Part shown: piece by piece, positions 49,915 to 64,000 of the stretch
Position numbering within the stretch: the first letter of the stretch is position 1
Layout: each line of letters opens with the position of its first letter
Assembly: GCA_951406725.2 (NCBI GenBank)
Contig: OX597831.1
Coordinates: forward strand, 744,001-808,000
Length of the DNA: 64,000 bases
Direction: 5' to 3'
Source of the DNA: Octopus vulgaris
Taxonomy: Eukaryota
The notes under the pieces: model-generated
What the model was told of the DNA's origin: nothing
Databases searched by the model: none
What the model saw: the letters and a program-made list of their open reading frames with translations, nothing else
Program-made: the position numbers and the translations under genes

Positions 49915-51180
49915 CAGTCAGTGGATACCTACTGTTAATGAGGCACAAAAACAGACCAATTTCACATGATATAGTAGTTCCACTACTGCTGTTTGAAGTT
50001 TCTCATCTGCTACAGATATTTGTGTGCTTGTATGCACTAGACGTGTATAAGGTAGACTTTCTCAGGACAAATTCTGCAGTATTACAGCATTCTCATAATA
50101 CATTCCCATTAAGTAAGGTAGAAAGACTGTCATAGCAGCATTCCTTGTCTGATAACCTTAAATATATACCCAAAGAAGTTGTACAACTCTATTACAACAT
50201 ATCGTCAGATGAAACGATGAGCGTATATGAGCAGGAGACCATGCATATATATGTTAGTAGAAAGCTCCAAGATGATAGTAACATTGATCTTCAAAGCAGT
50301 CTATCATGTTCCAAAAATCAGATGACTACCTCCAACTGTGAAGGGAACAGGAAATATCAACCAAATATCTAATGCACAAAAGGGACAGAGATGCTGGAAA
50401 AGCAGTAAAATGTGATAACTGATGTAGACTTTGTGGAGTTGACACTGAAACTTATCACCTACATCATAAGCAGTTGTCCAAAAATGTCATCATGGTACTA
50501 TCTGCCTATGAGACATGATGTTGTAGCTCGGAGACTGTATAATGAGATCTGTTGAAAGGATAACTCCGAGGATAAAGAAATAAGGACCCATAGTATGTTG
50601 GAAGCCGTATCCACTCATAATATAAAGGAGTACTGGTGGAATGTCCCAGTGAAAACTTCTATAAAATGTAAACACAATAGATCTGATATAATGATTTGGA
50701 ATAGAGAAGATTGTGGAAATCAGCTGCCCAATGGATGTTAGCATGAAGCTGAAGATCAGTGAAAAAGAAAATACCTACACTGAACTATTGAGAAATCTGT
50801 TGTTACTCTATCTGCATTACAAGTCTGAGTTTATACCTGTAATCATTGGGGCACTGGGATATGTAACACACTGCCTAAATGCCAATCTAGAAAAATTAGG
50901 TTTCTCAAAACCAGAAAGGAGAAAGCTAATTTGAAGACTACAGATCCAAGCTATCACTGGAACTGTAAAAATCTGTAAAACTTTCTAGAAGTTTATCATT
51001 TGAGTATATATGAGTGTGTCTAGATATGCAAGTATATGCATCAGAAGACATGCATAAAACAAAACATACAAATATGCACGAATACATACATACACACATA
51101 CACACATACATACATACATACATACATACATACATACATACATACATACATACATACATACATACATACATACATACATA
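49915..51180 (+). mobile_element. R4-clade LINE 3' fragment with (TACA)n tail
   Basis: CRLC...H..SSC..M...Y..RHD zinc knuckle; HNRSDI; VEISCP; IPVIIGALG. Confidence 0.8.
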
Positions 51181-51384
51181 CCCTGTTGTTGATGTTGAAA
51201 TTCTAACGAAGGAGCCTTGGATCTAGGTTAGATCCTGGCTCTTCCTCTAATGGCAAGAAATCTTGAAATAAAACTGAATAATGACATCCATCCATCCATC
51301 CATCCATACATACATACATAATACATACACACACATACATACATACATACATACATACATACATACATACATACATACATACAT

Positions 51385-51865
51385 ACATTATGGCTGCCCC
51401 CTCGTTATCGAGTATGGCCATTGCATGAAGCTTAACTGTTACTGGTGCTGTGATCGAATGTGACTTTTTAGCCCAGCTAAAGTTCTACAATGTCTTGTAC
51501 AAAATTGGCAACTAAAACTTTTACCGGTAATAGCCTGATGTAGTTGTAACTGGGCTTCATGTACCTTTGCATGTTATTTAAGTCCTCCTGCCGAATTACA
51601 CTCTCTTCCACATGCCCGACAGATATGATTAGTATGGTGTGTTACACCACCACCAGTGGCCAGGTTGTCACTCATCTGTCTCGTTTTATGACTACGAAGA
51701 TGACTCATGAGTCCAGCTTTACTGAGGCAGGGTCTTGCACAGACATTGCATGTCAGAATCAAAGGAAGATCCTTCCCTTCTGGAAGTGTAACAGCGATGC
51801 CCTTCCTGACATCTCTCCTTGCTTTCTCATGTGCAACTCAAGATTTCTCAAACGTGGCTCAAACA
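51385..51865 (-). mobile_element. RTE-like LINE 3' end with C2H2 fingers and (TATG)n tail
   Basis: CNVCARPCLSKAGLMSHLRSH and CRACGREC..AGGL..H; 3' ctcgataacgag hairpin before microsatellite. Confidence 0.75.
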
Positions 51866-51959
51866 TACGTACATACATACATACATACATACATACATAC
51901 ATACATACACACACATATGCTTATATAAACAACCATCTATTGATCTATCTGTCCATCTA

Positions 51960-52022
<63 letters not shown>

Positions 52023-52049
52023 TTTATTGTATATCTCTCCTGCCTTTGT

Positions 52050-52340
52050 TCCTAAGAGTAATTCTTTCAGCCTCTCTGAGTAGTTGAAGTGTTTCATTGA
52101 TGCAATCTTCTTGATGTAACACCATTCAACTGCCTCAAGTTCTGCTATTAGCTTGACACTGCGGGAGAAATCTAAACAGCTGAGGACAAATGTCCTCCAT
52201 AGGACTAGCATAGTTTCCTTGTCCCTTGTTCTGAAAATTTTCAGAATCCATCCTGCCATTTGCCCTTACATTGCCATCATCTTAGTGATATAAACATGAA
52301 ACAATGCATGGTTGCTCATATCAATCCCCAGATCCCATGC
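52050..52340 (-). mobile_element. CR1-like LINE RT C-terminal fragment
   Basis: MAGWILKIFRTRDKETMLVLWRTFVLSCLDF...LEAV...NYSERLKEL. Confidence 0.75.
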
Positions 52341-52918
52341 TGTCTTCAAACCTATTGACTCCCACCTATACTTCCATTTTCCTCCTGCCACCCCTCCCAC
52401 ATCAAATGGGCCATCCCCTACTCCCAATTTCTCCATCTCCAGCATCTGTGCAGCTGAGACCAGGATTTTGAGATTCACTTTCAATACTTGGCCTGTTTGT
52501 TCACTCATTGAAGACATCCCTCCACCCTTGTCCACACTGATCTTACCCATGCTTGTCAAACTGATCACACCTCCACCTTCTCTTCTTACCCGCACCTGTC
52601 TCCCAACTGCATCCCCATCAACATCGTTTAACGTCCGCTTTCCATGCTAGCATGGGTATATATATATATTTAATTTCAAGAGAGTTAGAGGTTGTGAATC
52701 CAACCAACTAAGGAATAATATCTATCCAATATACTGCTGGTAGAATACCCAATTATTAATACACAAATGTTTTTTCAATGCATGGCAATTACATTACCAA
52801 ATGTATTTATATTTATAACTTAACCTTATGAACTTTCTAAACTTTCTGACGAAGCCCAGAGACACACCCAAGTACTTTAATATTATATATATAATAATAA
52901 TGGTTTTATCTCTCATTC

Positions 52919-52957
<39 letters not shown>

Positions 52958-53354
52958 TTTTTTATTTTACTTGTTTCAGTCATTTGACTGTGGCCATGCT
53001 GAAGCACCACCTTTAGTCGAACAAATCAACCTCAGGACTTATTCTTTGTAAGCCTACTACTTATTCTATCAATCTCTTTCGCTGAGTTGCTAAGTTACAG
53101 GGACGTAAACACACCAGCATTGGTTGTCAAACGACGGTGGGGGACAAACATATAACCTCTCTACAACTGGAGGGCGGAAAATATCATGGTCTGTTAGTTT
53201 TGTAAACAATTGCTGTGTGGTAAGAAACTTGTTTCCCAACCACATGGTTATGGGTTCAAACCCACTGCGTGGAACTTTGTACAAGTGTCTTCTACTGTAG
53301 CCAAGCAAAACCTTGTGAGTGGATTTGGTAAATGGAAACTGATGGAAGCCTGTC

Positions 53355-53400
<46 letters not shown>

Positions 53401-53769
53401 GTCTATGTGTGAGTGAGACTATGTCTGTGCTTGTCCCCCCCCCTTACCACTTGACAACCAGTGTTGGTGTGTTTACATTCCCATAACTTAGCAGTTCAGC
53501 AAAAGAGTCTGATAGAGTAAGTACTAGGCTTAAAAATAAGTCCTGCAATCGATTTGTTCTACTAAGACCACCCTCATTGTGGTGCTCCAGCATGGCTGCA
53601 GTCAAGTGACTGAAACAAGTAAAAGAATAAAAGAATCTGGAATGAACCAGTTCTAGAGAGGTCATGTGCTTCCGGTCATTTGAGTCTGATGAATCACCTA
53701 CACAACAAAGCACTTTATAGGGGCAAAACCAAAGGTCACTCTCTGACCAGCCATAACAATCAACCTTCT

Positions 53770-53815
<46 letters not shown>

Positions 53816-55951
53816 TGTTGGCTTTGTTTAAACATTTGTTCCCCAACCCAGAATGTTGCGACTCATTGCCATTCATCCTTTAAGCAGCCCCTTCATAACA
53901 CCCATCCTTTTCAGATTTACCTTCACCACTTCCACAAGTTTCTTCCACTTGGATTATTTAGTCCATTTTCTGTAGTGGATGGTAGCTAGAGTAGAGATGT
54001 GTGGTGGTGGTATGAACATGTGATGTTAGTTGATGGCAGCTAGAGTAGAGGAGGGTGATGCTGATGGTACGGACATCATATGGCATGTACAGGAGGTGGC
54101 AATGTGGTATGCCCATGCAGCAGCAAGTGTTACTGATGTGGATATGAGAATGCAATGGGTTATGATCTTTTCTGTTGACTTTAGAAGACAGGAGTCATAT
54201 GTTGCAATGTTCATCAATTGCTGATATGATTATTTGGTGTAGGTGAAGTGAGAATGTGGCCACTGGGATTGCAAACTGATTTATAAACTCTTTCTGTAAT
54301 GAGCTCACTCCATGTACCTCTGGTGACAAGTTTATCCTATTATATTGTTAAAGTATGGTGACAAACTGGCAGAATTGGTAATATGCTGGACAAAATGTTG
54401 AGAAATATTTCCTCTGGCTTTACATTCTGAGTTCAAATTCTGCTGAAGTTGACTTTGCATTTCATCCTTTCAGTACCAGTTGAGCGCTGCATTCAATGTA
54501 ATTGAGTAGCCCCACCCCACTCCCACAAAATTCCAGACTTTCTGCCTACAGTAGAAAGAATCATACAGTCAAAGTCAGGACGCTGTGTTGGAAAAGATAA
54601 TAAAAATTTGATACTTTTTAATGGAAGATTTCTTTACACCTCTGATGTAAGCATCTCTACTCCCCCTTACTCGGTTTGATCATACTCTACCCATATTTCA
54701 TGATTATAGTTCTGTTTAGATAACACAATGCTTTAGTGAATAAACAAAAGAAATCAACAAATTGAAGTTATTTTGTAAAAATAACTTTCCATTATTAAAT
54801 TCAGTGTTTGCAAAATAGCTTAGGTCCTTATATATAATTATTATGGCTTTAATTAAAAATTAAGGTTTTAATTAAAATATGAAAACTTTAAAGCATAAAA
54901 ATGGTGTCAGAGAACCAGAGGTGGTCACAGGCTGTTTGGTATCAAAGGGATTCAATTATAAATTTAAAGAGAATTTATTAAATTATATATTAATTTATCA
55001 AAATTGGATCAATACTTGTCTCATAAACTGAAAATATCTGCTCCACTTGTACTGTATAGAATAGTTTACAGGTGGAATGATGGTGAAAGAGTTACCAAAT
55101 GGAAAATGTATTACTATGCTTGGCAAAAGTACAGAGATAAGAGCCAAGAATTGGCAGAAGAACTGCATCAAGAGAAATTATGTAGTTAGAGCTGAGAAGA
55201 AATGGGTACAAGCATAGAAGCGTGGGTGAGATATTAACTTCATGGTGATAAGGTTCCATTTCCAATCAAACCATGTGGGGTTGTCTTTGGCAAGGGTCTT
55301 CTACCAAAGTTTCAAATCAACCCAAATCTTGTGAATGAAATTTGGTAGATAGAAACTGTGCTGAGAGGCATCAAATGTACATATGTATGTACATACATAT
55401 GTGCATGCAAACACATATACATACATAAAGACATACATACATACATACATACATACGTATATATATATATATATATACATACATCATCATCATCATCATC
55501 ATCGTTTAACGTCCGTTCTCCATGCTAGCATGGGTTGGACGGTTCAACTGGGGTCTGGGAAGCCAGAAGGCTGCACCAGGCTCCGGTCTTATCTGGCAAA
55601 GTTTCTACAGCTGGATGCCCTTCCTAACGCCAACCACTCTGTGAGTGTAGTGGGTGCTTTTTACATGCCACCTGCACTGGTGCCAGGCGAGGCTGGCATC
55701 GGCCACGGTCGGATTGGTGCATTTTATGGAAGCCAGTCGAGGCGGTACTGGCTTCGGCTACAATTCGGATGGTGCTTTTTATGTGCCACCGACACAGAGG
55801 CGAGTCGAGGCGGCACTGGCATCGGCCACAATTTGGATAGTGCTTTTTATGTACCTCCAGTCCCAGGGCCCTGGCATCTGCCAGGTGCTAGTCATAGGAT
55901 TAGTTCAATTTCGATTTCGATTTCACTTGCCCCAACAGGTCTTCGCAAGCA

Positions 55952-55983
<32 letters not shown>

Positions 55984-57670
55984 ATATATGTGTGTGTGTA
56001 TTAGCCAGTGTTTTCAAAGCGATGAATAGCTTTTTGCTGAAACCATGGTTTGCTTTGTTCTCTTATACTTTATTATCATTTTATAATCTTCTCATAAGGA
56101 CTTTTATGACTTTTATTACTACCTCAGTCCATCTAAATGTATATATTTGTCGTTACCTGTCATAAAATGCCTTTTATTATTTGCAATGTGAATTTTCGTT
56201 GATTATTCATATTTTACCCTTACATTTCCACGTGTATTTTATATTTTCTTTTTGTAACATATTTCTACTATAAATCCTTAAATCCTTAAAAATGTTTTAG
56301 CCCGAAGGTCGTGGCCATGCTGAGGCACCATATATACATATATACATACATATATATATATATATTTTTCTGTCTCATTTGGTCTAAAGTCGTATGACAA
56401 CCACCGTTATATATATTTTTGTTTATTCATTACTGTTTTCAATTTCGTTTTCGTCTCTTGTATTTACATCCGTCTTGTGCGTTCACATTCCTGTCTTCTA
56501 CCAAGAAATCTAATGCTTACAGCTTAGTTTTTTTTCTTGGGGCTGGCCGAGTTGGAGCAAATATCAGAATTGAACAGCCGAAATTTGCTATGATGATTCG
56601 GTGTCTGACTGAAGATTGAAGGCTTCGAATGATTTGTCTGTGTTCCGTGTTCGTCCCTTCCTGTATTTCACGTTCATTATATATAAAAACATTCATTCTT
56701 ATATATATATTATATATATACATATATATATACACATACATATATATATACATACACATACATATGTGTGTGTGCATATGTATATGAATATCTTGATATA
56801 TATAAATGGCAACTTCTGTCTGTCTGTTACCATCTTGCTGCCCAAACCACCAAACCATCAAACCATCAAACCAATCTTTAGCAAACTTTGCATCCATGTT
56901 GAACTAACATCCAGTTCAATTATAGGCTAATTGGATGTCAAAAAAAATTTCTTAAGAAATAATGTCGATTACCTGTTGTTTCTAGCAAGTCGGGTTTACT
57001 GGTGGTGCTCTAATATTTTTCGTGCCTGCTATTTCAGTACAACTGAACTTTAAAAAATATATATATTACCCAGATTCATAATCGCTGTATTTTTCTACAT
57101 GGATAAAAAAATTTTGTAAAAACGTTACAAATTAAGACATTGTAGTGGGGACGGGGGGGGGGGGGGAGACTAAAATTTTGAAAACATGATTTCTGGGCAA
57201 AATCGTATTAACTCCCTTTTATACGATGGAACAATACATAGTTTGTGGTCCTTCTTAAGAACACAAAGCACTTTCATGCAAATCTATGCAAATTGTACCC
57301 TCCCCCTCTTCACTTTTAAACAAACAATAACTTCCATTATGCCGGTAATCAACTTCACTGTATATCAGTTGTGCTGATTCTGCCCATAAGAAAGGAACAA
57401 ATAATACAATGTGGCTGAAGGTCATAACACATAGGCAACGCCGGGATGTATTGCTAGTATACATATACATGGGTAAAATTAATTAATTTATTAATTAATC
57501 AATTAATTAATTAATAATTAATAATTCTAACAAGTAAAAAAGTGTGTTACTGTCTGGGAGATCTCTATGGTAGCAGAAAAGGCATTTTAACCCCTATTTC
57601 ACCATTCAATGCATGGTGAAGCAATTAACTGACGTCTGATTATAATTATGTTTATAATTATAGAATATTA

Positions 57671-57709
<39 letters not shown>

Positions 57710-57753
57710 TATATATGTATGTATAGATACATATACATATATATGTATACTGC

Positions 57754-57785
<32 letters not shown>

Positions 57786-57907
57786 TTATACACACACACA
57801 CACATATATATATATATATCATCATCATCATCGTTTAACTTCTACTATAGCCTCAGGTCAACCAAAGCCTTGTGAGTGGATTTGGCAGATGGAAACAGAA
57901 AGAAGCC

Positions 57908-57938
<31 letters not shown>

Positions 57939-58545
57939 CTTATATATGTATGTACACGTTTGTGTGTCTGTATTTGTCCACCCCACCATCACTTCACAAC
58001 CAATGTTGATGTATTTACATCCCTGTAACTTAGCAGTTTCGCAAAAGAGACCAACAGAATAAGTACTAGGCTTACAAAGAATAAATCCTTGGGTCAATTT
58101 AAAGGTGGTGCTCCAGCATGGCCACAGTCAATTGACTGAAACAAGTAAAAGAATATATATATATCATACGTGCAGGCATGGCTGTGTAGTAAAAACCTTG
58201 CGTCTGAACCACATGGTTATAGGTTCAGTTTCACTGCATGGAACTTTGGGCAAGTGTCTCCTGCTATAGCCCTGGGCCAACTAAAGCCTTGTGAGTGAAT
58301 TTGGTAGATCAAAACTGAAAGAAAACTGTTATATACATACAACTGGTGTTGTGGTGTTGGTTTGTTTACATCCCTGTAGTTTGTCGGAAATAGAGCGACA
58401 AAATAAGTTACCAGTTTAAAAAAAAATAAAATATGTCCTGAAGACAATTTGTCCTTTAAGGACAGCGCCCTGGCATGGTCACTGTCCAGTGACTGAAATG
58501 AGTAAAAGAGATTTAAAAATAAGAGAGTGAAAGAAAAATAGACGG

Positions 58546-58691
<146 letters not shown>

Positions 58692-58997
58692 TACTCATTT
58701 CAGTCTCTGCTGAGAGGAGAAATTGAAAAAACAACAACAACAAAAGAATAAAAATATTTTTTTTTAATTTTTATTATTCATTGCTTTTTTTTTTGTTTTG
58801 CTTATGCTTTATGTTTTTGTAAGGGATGGAGAAGATGAAAGAGAAGTGTTCAGGGGTTTTGTTTTTTTGGGGGGTGGGGGCTATATAATAGTTTTCTTTC
58901 TTTTCCTTTTTTTTTCTTTTTCAGGAATCCCGTGTTTTCTTCTGATGGTATTGCTTGTTGTGAAGAAATCCTAACTTGTTCTTTATTTTTGTTTCTA

Positions 58998-58999
<2 letters not shown>

Positions 59000-59032
<33 letters not shown>

Positions 59033-59120
59033 TATTATTATTATTATTATTATTATTATCATTATTATTATTATTATCATTGTTGTTGTTAATTGTTTCT
59101 ATATTCATTGTCATCATCAA

Positions 59121-59162
<42 letters not shown>

Positions 59163-59230
59163 TGCTGTTGTTATTATTATTATTATTATTACTATTATTA
59201 TTAGTAGTAGTATTTTATTATTTTATTATG
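59000..59230 (+). repeat. (ATT)n microsatellite cluster
   Basis: Two imperfect ATT runs. Confidence 0.9.
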
Positions 59231-59984
59231 ATCCTTCTTCATCTTTTTTGTTTGTGTTTGTTTCCCCTCCACCCCACACCAACTCATTCTGTAAAAACAA
59301 AAGAATGGTTGGTTGGTGTATATATTACTGTCCAAATCTTTTATGTAAATTAATCAACTAGCATTATTTTTTTTCTAATTTTTGGGGTACGAATGGGGGA
59401 ATGGGTGATATATGAGTTGCATTTTTTTTGTGTGTGTTCAGGAATGTTCTGGATCATGCAGAGATATAACAAGTAAAAGGGCCACATAATATATGTTAAT
59501 CCACAACAATTTTTAGCTACATGTTGGCAAGCTCTATACCGACAGACGACTTTTCATTTTTCTCTTTTTTTTCCAATTAAAAAATGTCCACTTTTTAAAT
59601 ACACTAATGAAATTAGAAGGACAAATATTGACTATAGATTGTTGGGTGGGGCAAGGTAAAAATAAAATAGAATTTTTTGAAATGTTTTTCTTTTCTGCTT
59701 CTTTTCATTTTTCTTCTCAAATACATTTTGAATATTTATTATCATTATTATTATCATTATTATTAAGTGCCCTCACCCACATTCAGCTCTGCCTGAGCAG
59801 AGCAATGACGTTGAGGTTTGCTACACAGCAGACATAGCAACCTCCAAGACCTGTAGGTATATATATAAGTCCAGCCTCCAAGACCTGTAGGCATACATAA
59901 GATCTCTCCCATTGGGTCTATTGTTTTGGTTGGGTGGACTATAAAATCAGCATTCCAAACTGAGGCCATCAGATGTGTATATAT

Positions 59985-59985
<1 letters not shown>

Positions 59986-60017
<32 letters not shown>

Positions 60018-60041
60018 TATATATACATGTATGTTTATATA

Positions 60042-60088
<47 letters not shown>

Positions 60089-60218
60089 GTTTATATATAT
60101 ATATATATATATACATGTTTATACATATATATATAAATATATATATATATACATGTTTATATATATATATATATATATACATGTTTATACATATATATAT
60201 ATAAATATATATATACAT

Positions 60219-60291
<73 letters not shown>

Positions 60292-60296
60292 TATAT

Positions 60297-60343
<47 letters not shown>

Positions 60344-60363
60344 TGTTTATATATATATATATA
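59986..60363 (+). repeat. Compound (CA)n/(TA)n tract with recurring acatgttt spacers
   Basis: TA runs punctuated by tacatgtttat. Confidence 0.85.
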
Positions 60364-61107
60364 AAGAATAAATATATGTGTCTGTGTGTATGTATATATG
60401 TATGTATTTGAGGGGACATGTTGTGCTAAGACATGGTACTCATAAAACATGCAGTCTGGTCCCCAATAAGTATGTGCGTGTGTGTGTGTGTGTATGAACA
60501 GTAAGGAGTTTGCTGTGTTGAACGAGTTTTGGATACCACGTTGAGCAAATTGAGTAACTGACTATTACAGATGCATTTGTTTTATGGTCCCTATTTTTTT
60601 TTAATGACATTAAGAATGTTTGATGAAGGAAATTTGGCTGTTTCGAGCAACAACTATATAGAAGTTCCCTTGCTGGTTTATGGGGTCTTTCTATCAAAAG
60701 AAAGTAGGGAATTTGAATGGAAAAAAAAAAATTAAACTTGCCACAAAATTTGAGGTGGTTGGGTGACCTCATTAGAAGCTTCCACAATAGAATTGTTATT
60801 ATTGTTGATGATGGTAACGATACATACACACACACACACACATACACACATATACACACACACACGCACACATATATGTATGAATATATATATATATGTA
60901 TGTATGAATGTGTATATATATATATGTGTGTGTATGCATGTATGTATGTATGTATGTGTGTATGTATGCATGTATGTATGTATATATATATATACATATA
61001 TATACACTGTTGTCATTAAAGATTTTGTGTTTTGTGTGAATGAATGGAGAAAAATATTAAGAGAAAAGAATTTATAAAAAGCAAAGTTTTGGTAACCAAC
61101 AGTTTAT

Positions 61108-61144
<37 letters not shown>

Positions 61145-61428
61145 TATATATATATATATATATTAATATATATGTATGTATATTTATATATATGTGAATA
61201 TATGTATATTTAAATCTATATATATATAAATATGTATGTATTATGTATATATATATTTTTGTATATGTATGTACGTATGTATGCATACACTTGACTCCAT
61301 AGAAATTATAGAAGTGTTCAGTAAATATTTATACCAAATTTATACTACCTCGGGAAAGTAACTCTGCTGGTTGAAAGTAGAGTCTTTTCTAAGACAAAAT
61401 ATATCTATTACATACTTACATACATACC

Positions 61429-61470
<42 letters not shown>

Positions 61471-61591
61471 CATATATATATTTATATATATACACACATA
61501 TATATACATACACATATATATACATGCATATATAAATATATATATACATATATGTATACATATATATAATATACATATCTATTTGTATACA

Positions 61592-61674
<83 letters not shown>

Positions 61675-62505
61675 ATACATATACGTATATAAACACTGAC
61701 GTTAGTATTATTTTCTGCGAAGTGTTCAGTTTTATTGCCTTAGTTTGCAAAGATGCATCAATCACACAAAATAGACACAGATAACAATGTCAAGGTCAAG
61801 GTTAAAATTTAAGGTCAAGGACAGATTTGATGGAGGGGTTGATGATATACAAATATACAAATATACATACAGCATAAAAAACATACACAAAAAAATAAAA
61901 AAGATACAGAGAAAAAAAAATAGGGAAGGGACTGTTTTTTTTGTGTGTGTCTTATTTTTTTACAACATTGGAATCATAGAATTAAATCACTCCCATTTGA
62001 AAAATTTTTTTGTGTTTTTTCTTCTTCAATATTTTCAATGATAATTTGTTTTTATTTTTTTTTTTTGCTCTTTTTATTGCTTATAGATGAACGTCTTGAA
62101 AACCTGCATGTTATGTCCTTTTACAGTCCCAGATATCTGCAGGTAGATATTTTCAGAACTTGTATGATAACAGAGTCATTGATTTTTAATATAGTTTTTT
62201 AAAATTATTATTATTATTATTATTGTTTTTGGTTTTTTTTCTCACAAAGACTGCATAGTTACAGTCAAAAAAAAAAAGAAAAGAAAAGAAAAAATTACAC
62301 CTGTCTCACATGTAGAAATACCTCCATTGCCTGCATAATTTATATACACTCACTTTTCTACAAGTACATTCTACATACACTCCCACCACATTCCAGGTCT
62401 ATGTCTCTGTTGCCACTGCCATAGAGTATAAGTACAACTCGTCGCTTCTTTGAACAGGTGTAAACATCTTGTTTTTGTTTGTTTTGCAGTGTCCAGAATA
62501 TGGTC

Positions 62506-62552
<47 letters not shown>

Positions 62553-63744
62553 ATATATTATATATATATATATGTATGTATGTGTATGTATGCATATATT
62601 TATATATATGTATGTACATATATATATATATATAGAAGAGAATCCATTTCTATATCTTGCATGATATATTTCATATTTTGTCTTGAAGAAAGTAAAGAAA
62701 AACAATGCTCTTGTTAGTAAGATTACAAACTCTAGAGTTCAGCTTTCCAGGGTAGAATATATACTCTGCTTCTTAGATAATGTCCACAACACATAAACTC
62801 TCTCCCTCTGCAAACAAAGATCAATGTCATGCACCAAACTGATGATGCTGATCCTGGTTTTTGTATATTTATTCATTATTTTTTTTATTATATCTTTTTC
62901 TTTTGGTGAACTGTATGTTAGTATAATAAAATAACATACCTGATTCTATGCTATCTAAAATAATTATCTTTTTTTTCTTTTAGAGGATTTTTCTATTTTT
63001 TTAATAATTTACCATTTTTAAAAATATTAACTTCCATAATTTTTATTTCTTAAAGAGTGAAACATGAAAAAACTATTAATAGGTGATATGACAGAAAAGA
63101 GAGACACTTTTATAAAAAATAGAACACAGATGCTACATAAGATTGATGATTGACTAATATCAAAAGAAAAGACCTGTTAACGCACTACATTAATTATAAT
63201 GTTAGTGCTCCAGCTTGGTCACAAACACAGTTATAAATTTTCTAACAAAACTACCTTATCTAAGTTAAATCAGACTTGGTTTTGACTGATAACAATAATA
63301 ATCCTTTCTACTATAGTTAGAAAGTCTAAAATTTGGTGAGAGAGTAAGTCATTTACATCAACCCCAGTACTTAAATGGTATTTATTTCATCCACCGCAAA
63401 TGATGAAAAGCAGGGTCAACCTCAGCAGAGTTTGAGAGCCTCAGAATGTAAAGAGCTGGAAGAAATACAGCTAAGCATTTTGCGAGACATGCTAATAACT
63501 TGTCACTTTAATAATCCTTTCTACTAAAGGCACAAGGCCTGAAATTTTGGGGGGAGGAGACTAGTCGTTTACATCAGCCCCATTGTTTCATTAGTACTAA
63601 ATTTAGTGACCCTGAAAGGATGAAAGTCAAAGTTGACTTTGGCAGAATTTGAACTCAGAATGTCATGGTGGATGAAATGCCACTAAGCATTTTGCCTGGT
63701 GTGCTAATGATTCTGCCAGCTTGCTACCTTGATTTGTCACCTTA

Positions 63745-63811
<67 letters not shown>

Positions 63812-64000
63812 CCTTTTTACTATTTGATACAAGACCTGAAATTTTGGAGAAGGGGACTAGTTGATTACATCGACCCCCAGTGCTCAACTGATAATTATTT
63901 TATCAACTCTGAAAGGATGGAAGGGAAAGTCAACCTTGGTTGACTTTGAACTCAAGAATATAAAACCAGAAGAAATGCTACAAAGCATTTCATCTGACGC

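Noticed and set aside
51574-51762. Host C2H2 zinc-finger gene
   Set aside because: In-frame stop within the second finger and a LINE-type 3' end with microsatellite tail indicate a retrotransposon ORF terminus.
56790-57010. Non-autonomous Helitron
   Set aside because: Composition is suggestive, but the 3' CTAG terminus and hairpin are too degraded to support the call.

Overview
AT-rich, microsatellite-dense eukaryotic genomic DNA. The SINE content suggests a coleoid cephalopod, probably Octopus (inference). One complete protein-coding gene could be reconstructed by hand: a secreted GH18 chitinase on the minus strand with 9 coding exons (16412->717). All GT-AG junctions are in phase, giving 389 aa with an intact DxxDxDxE motif and no chitin-binding domain. 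Most of the rest is transposon-derived: tRNA-headed SINEs, mariner/Tc1 copies, hAT and Merlin-like MITEs, RTE/R4/CR1 LINE fragments, a decayed Gypsy provirus, a solo LTR, Penelope-like element (PLE) fragments and a ~49-copy 98-bp tandem array. The most interesting unannotated structure is a cluster of minimal type I hammerhead ribozyme motifs. One lies at ~8.1 kb and the rest between 16.7 and 25 kb. Several sit inside fold-back (inverted-arm) PLE-derived cassettes, and some carry apparent compensatory core variants (G3:C8, U3:A8). Most lie in the chitinase sense orientation just upstream of its ATG exon. Most entries in the supplied ORF track are microsatellite or repeat artefacts. All coordinates were counted by hand, and repeat boundaries are approximate.
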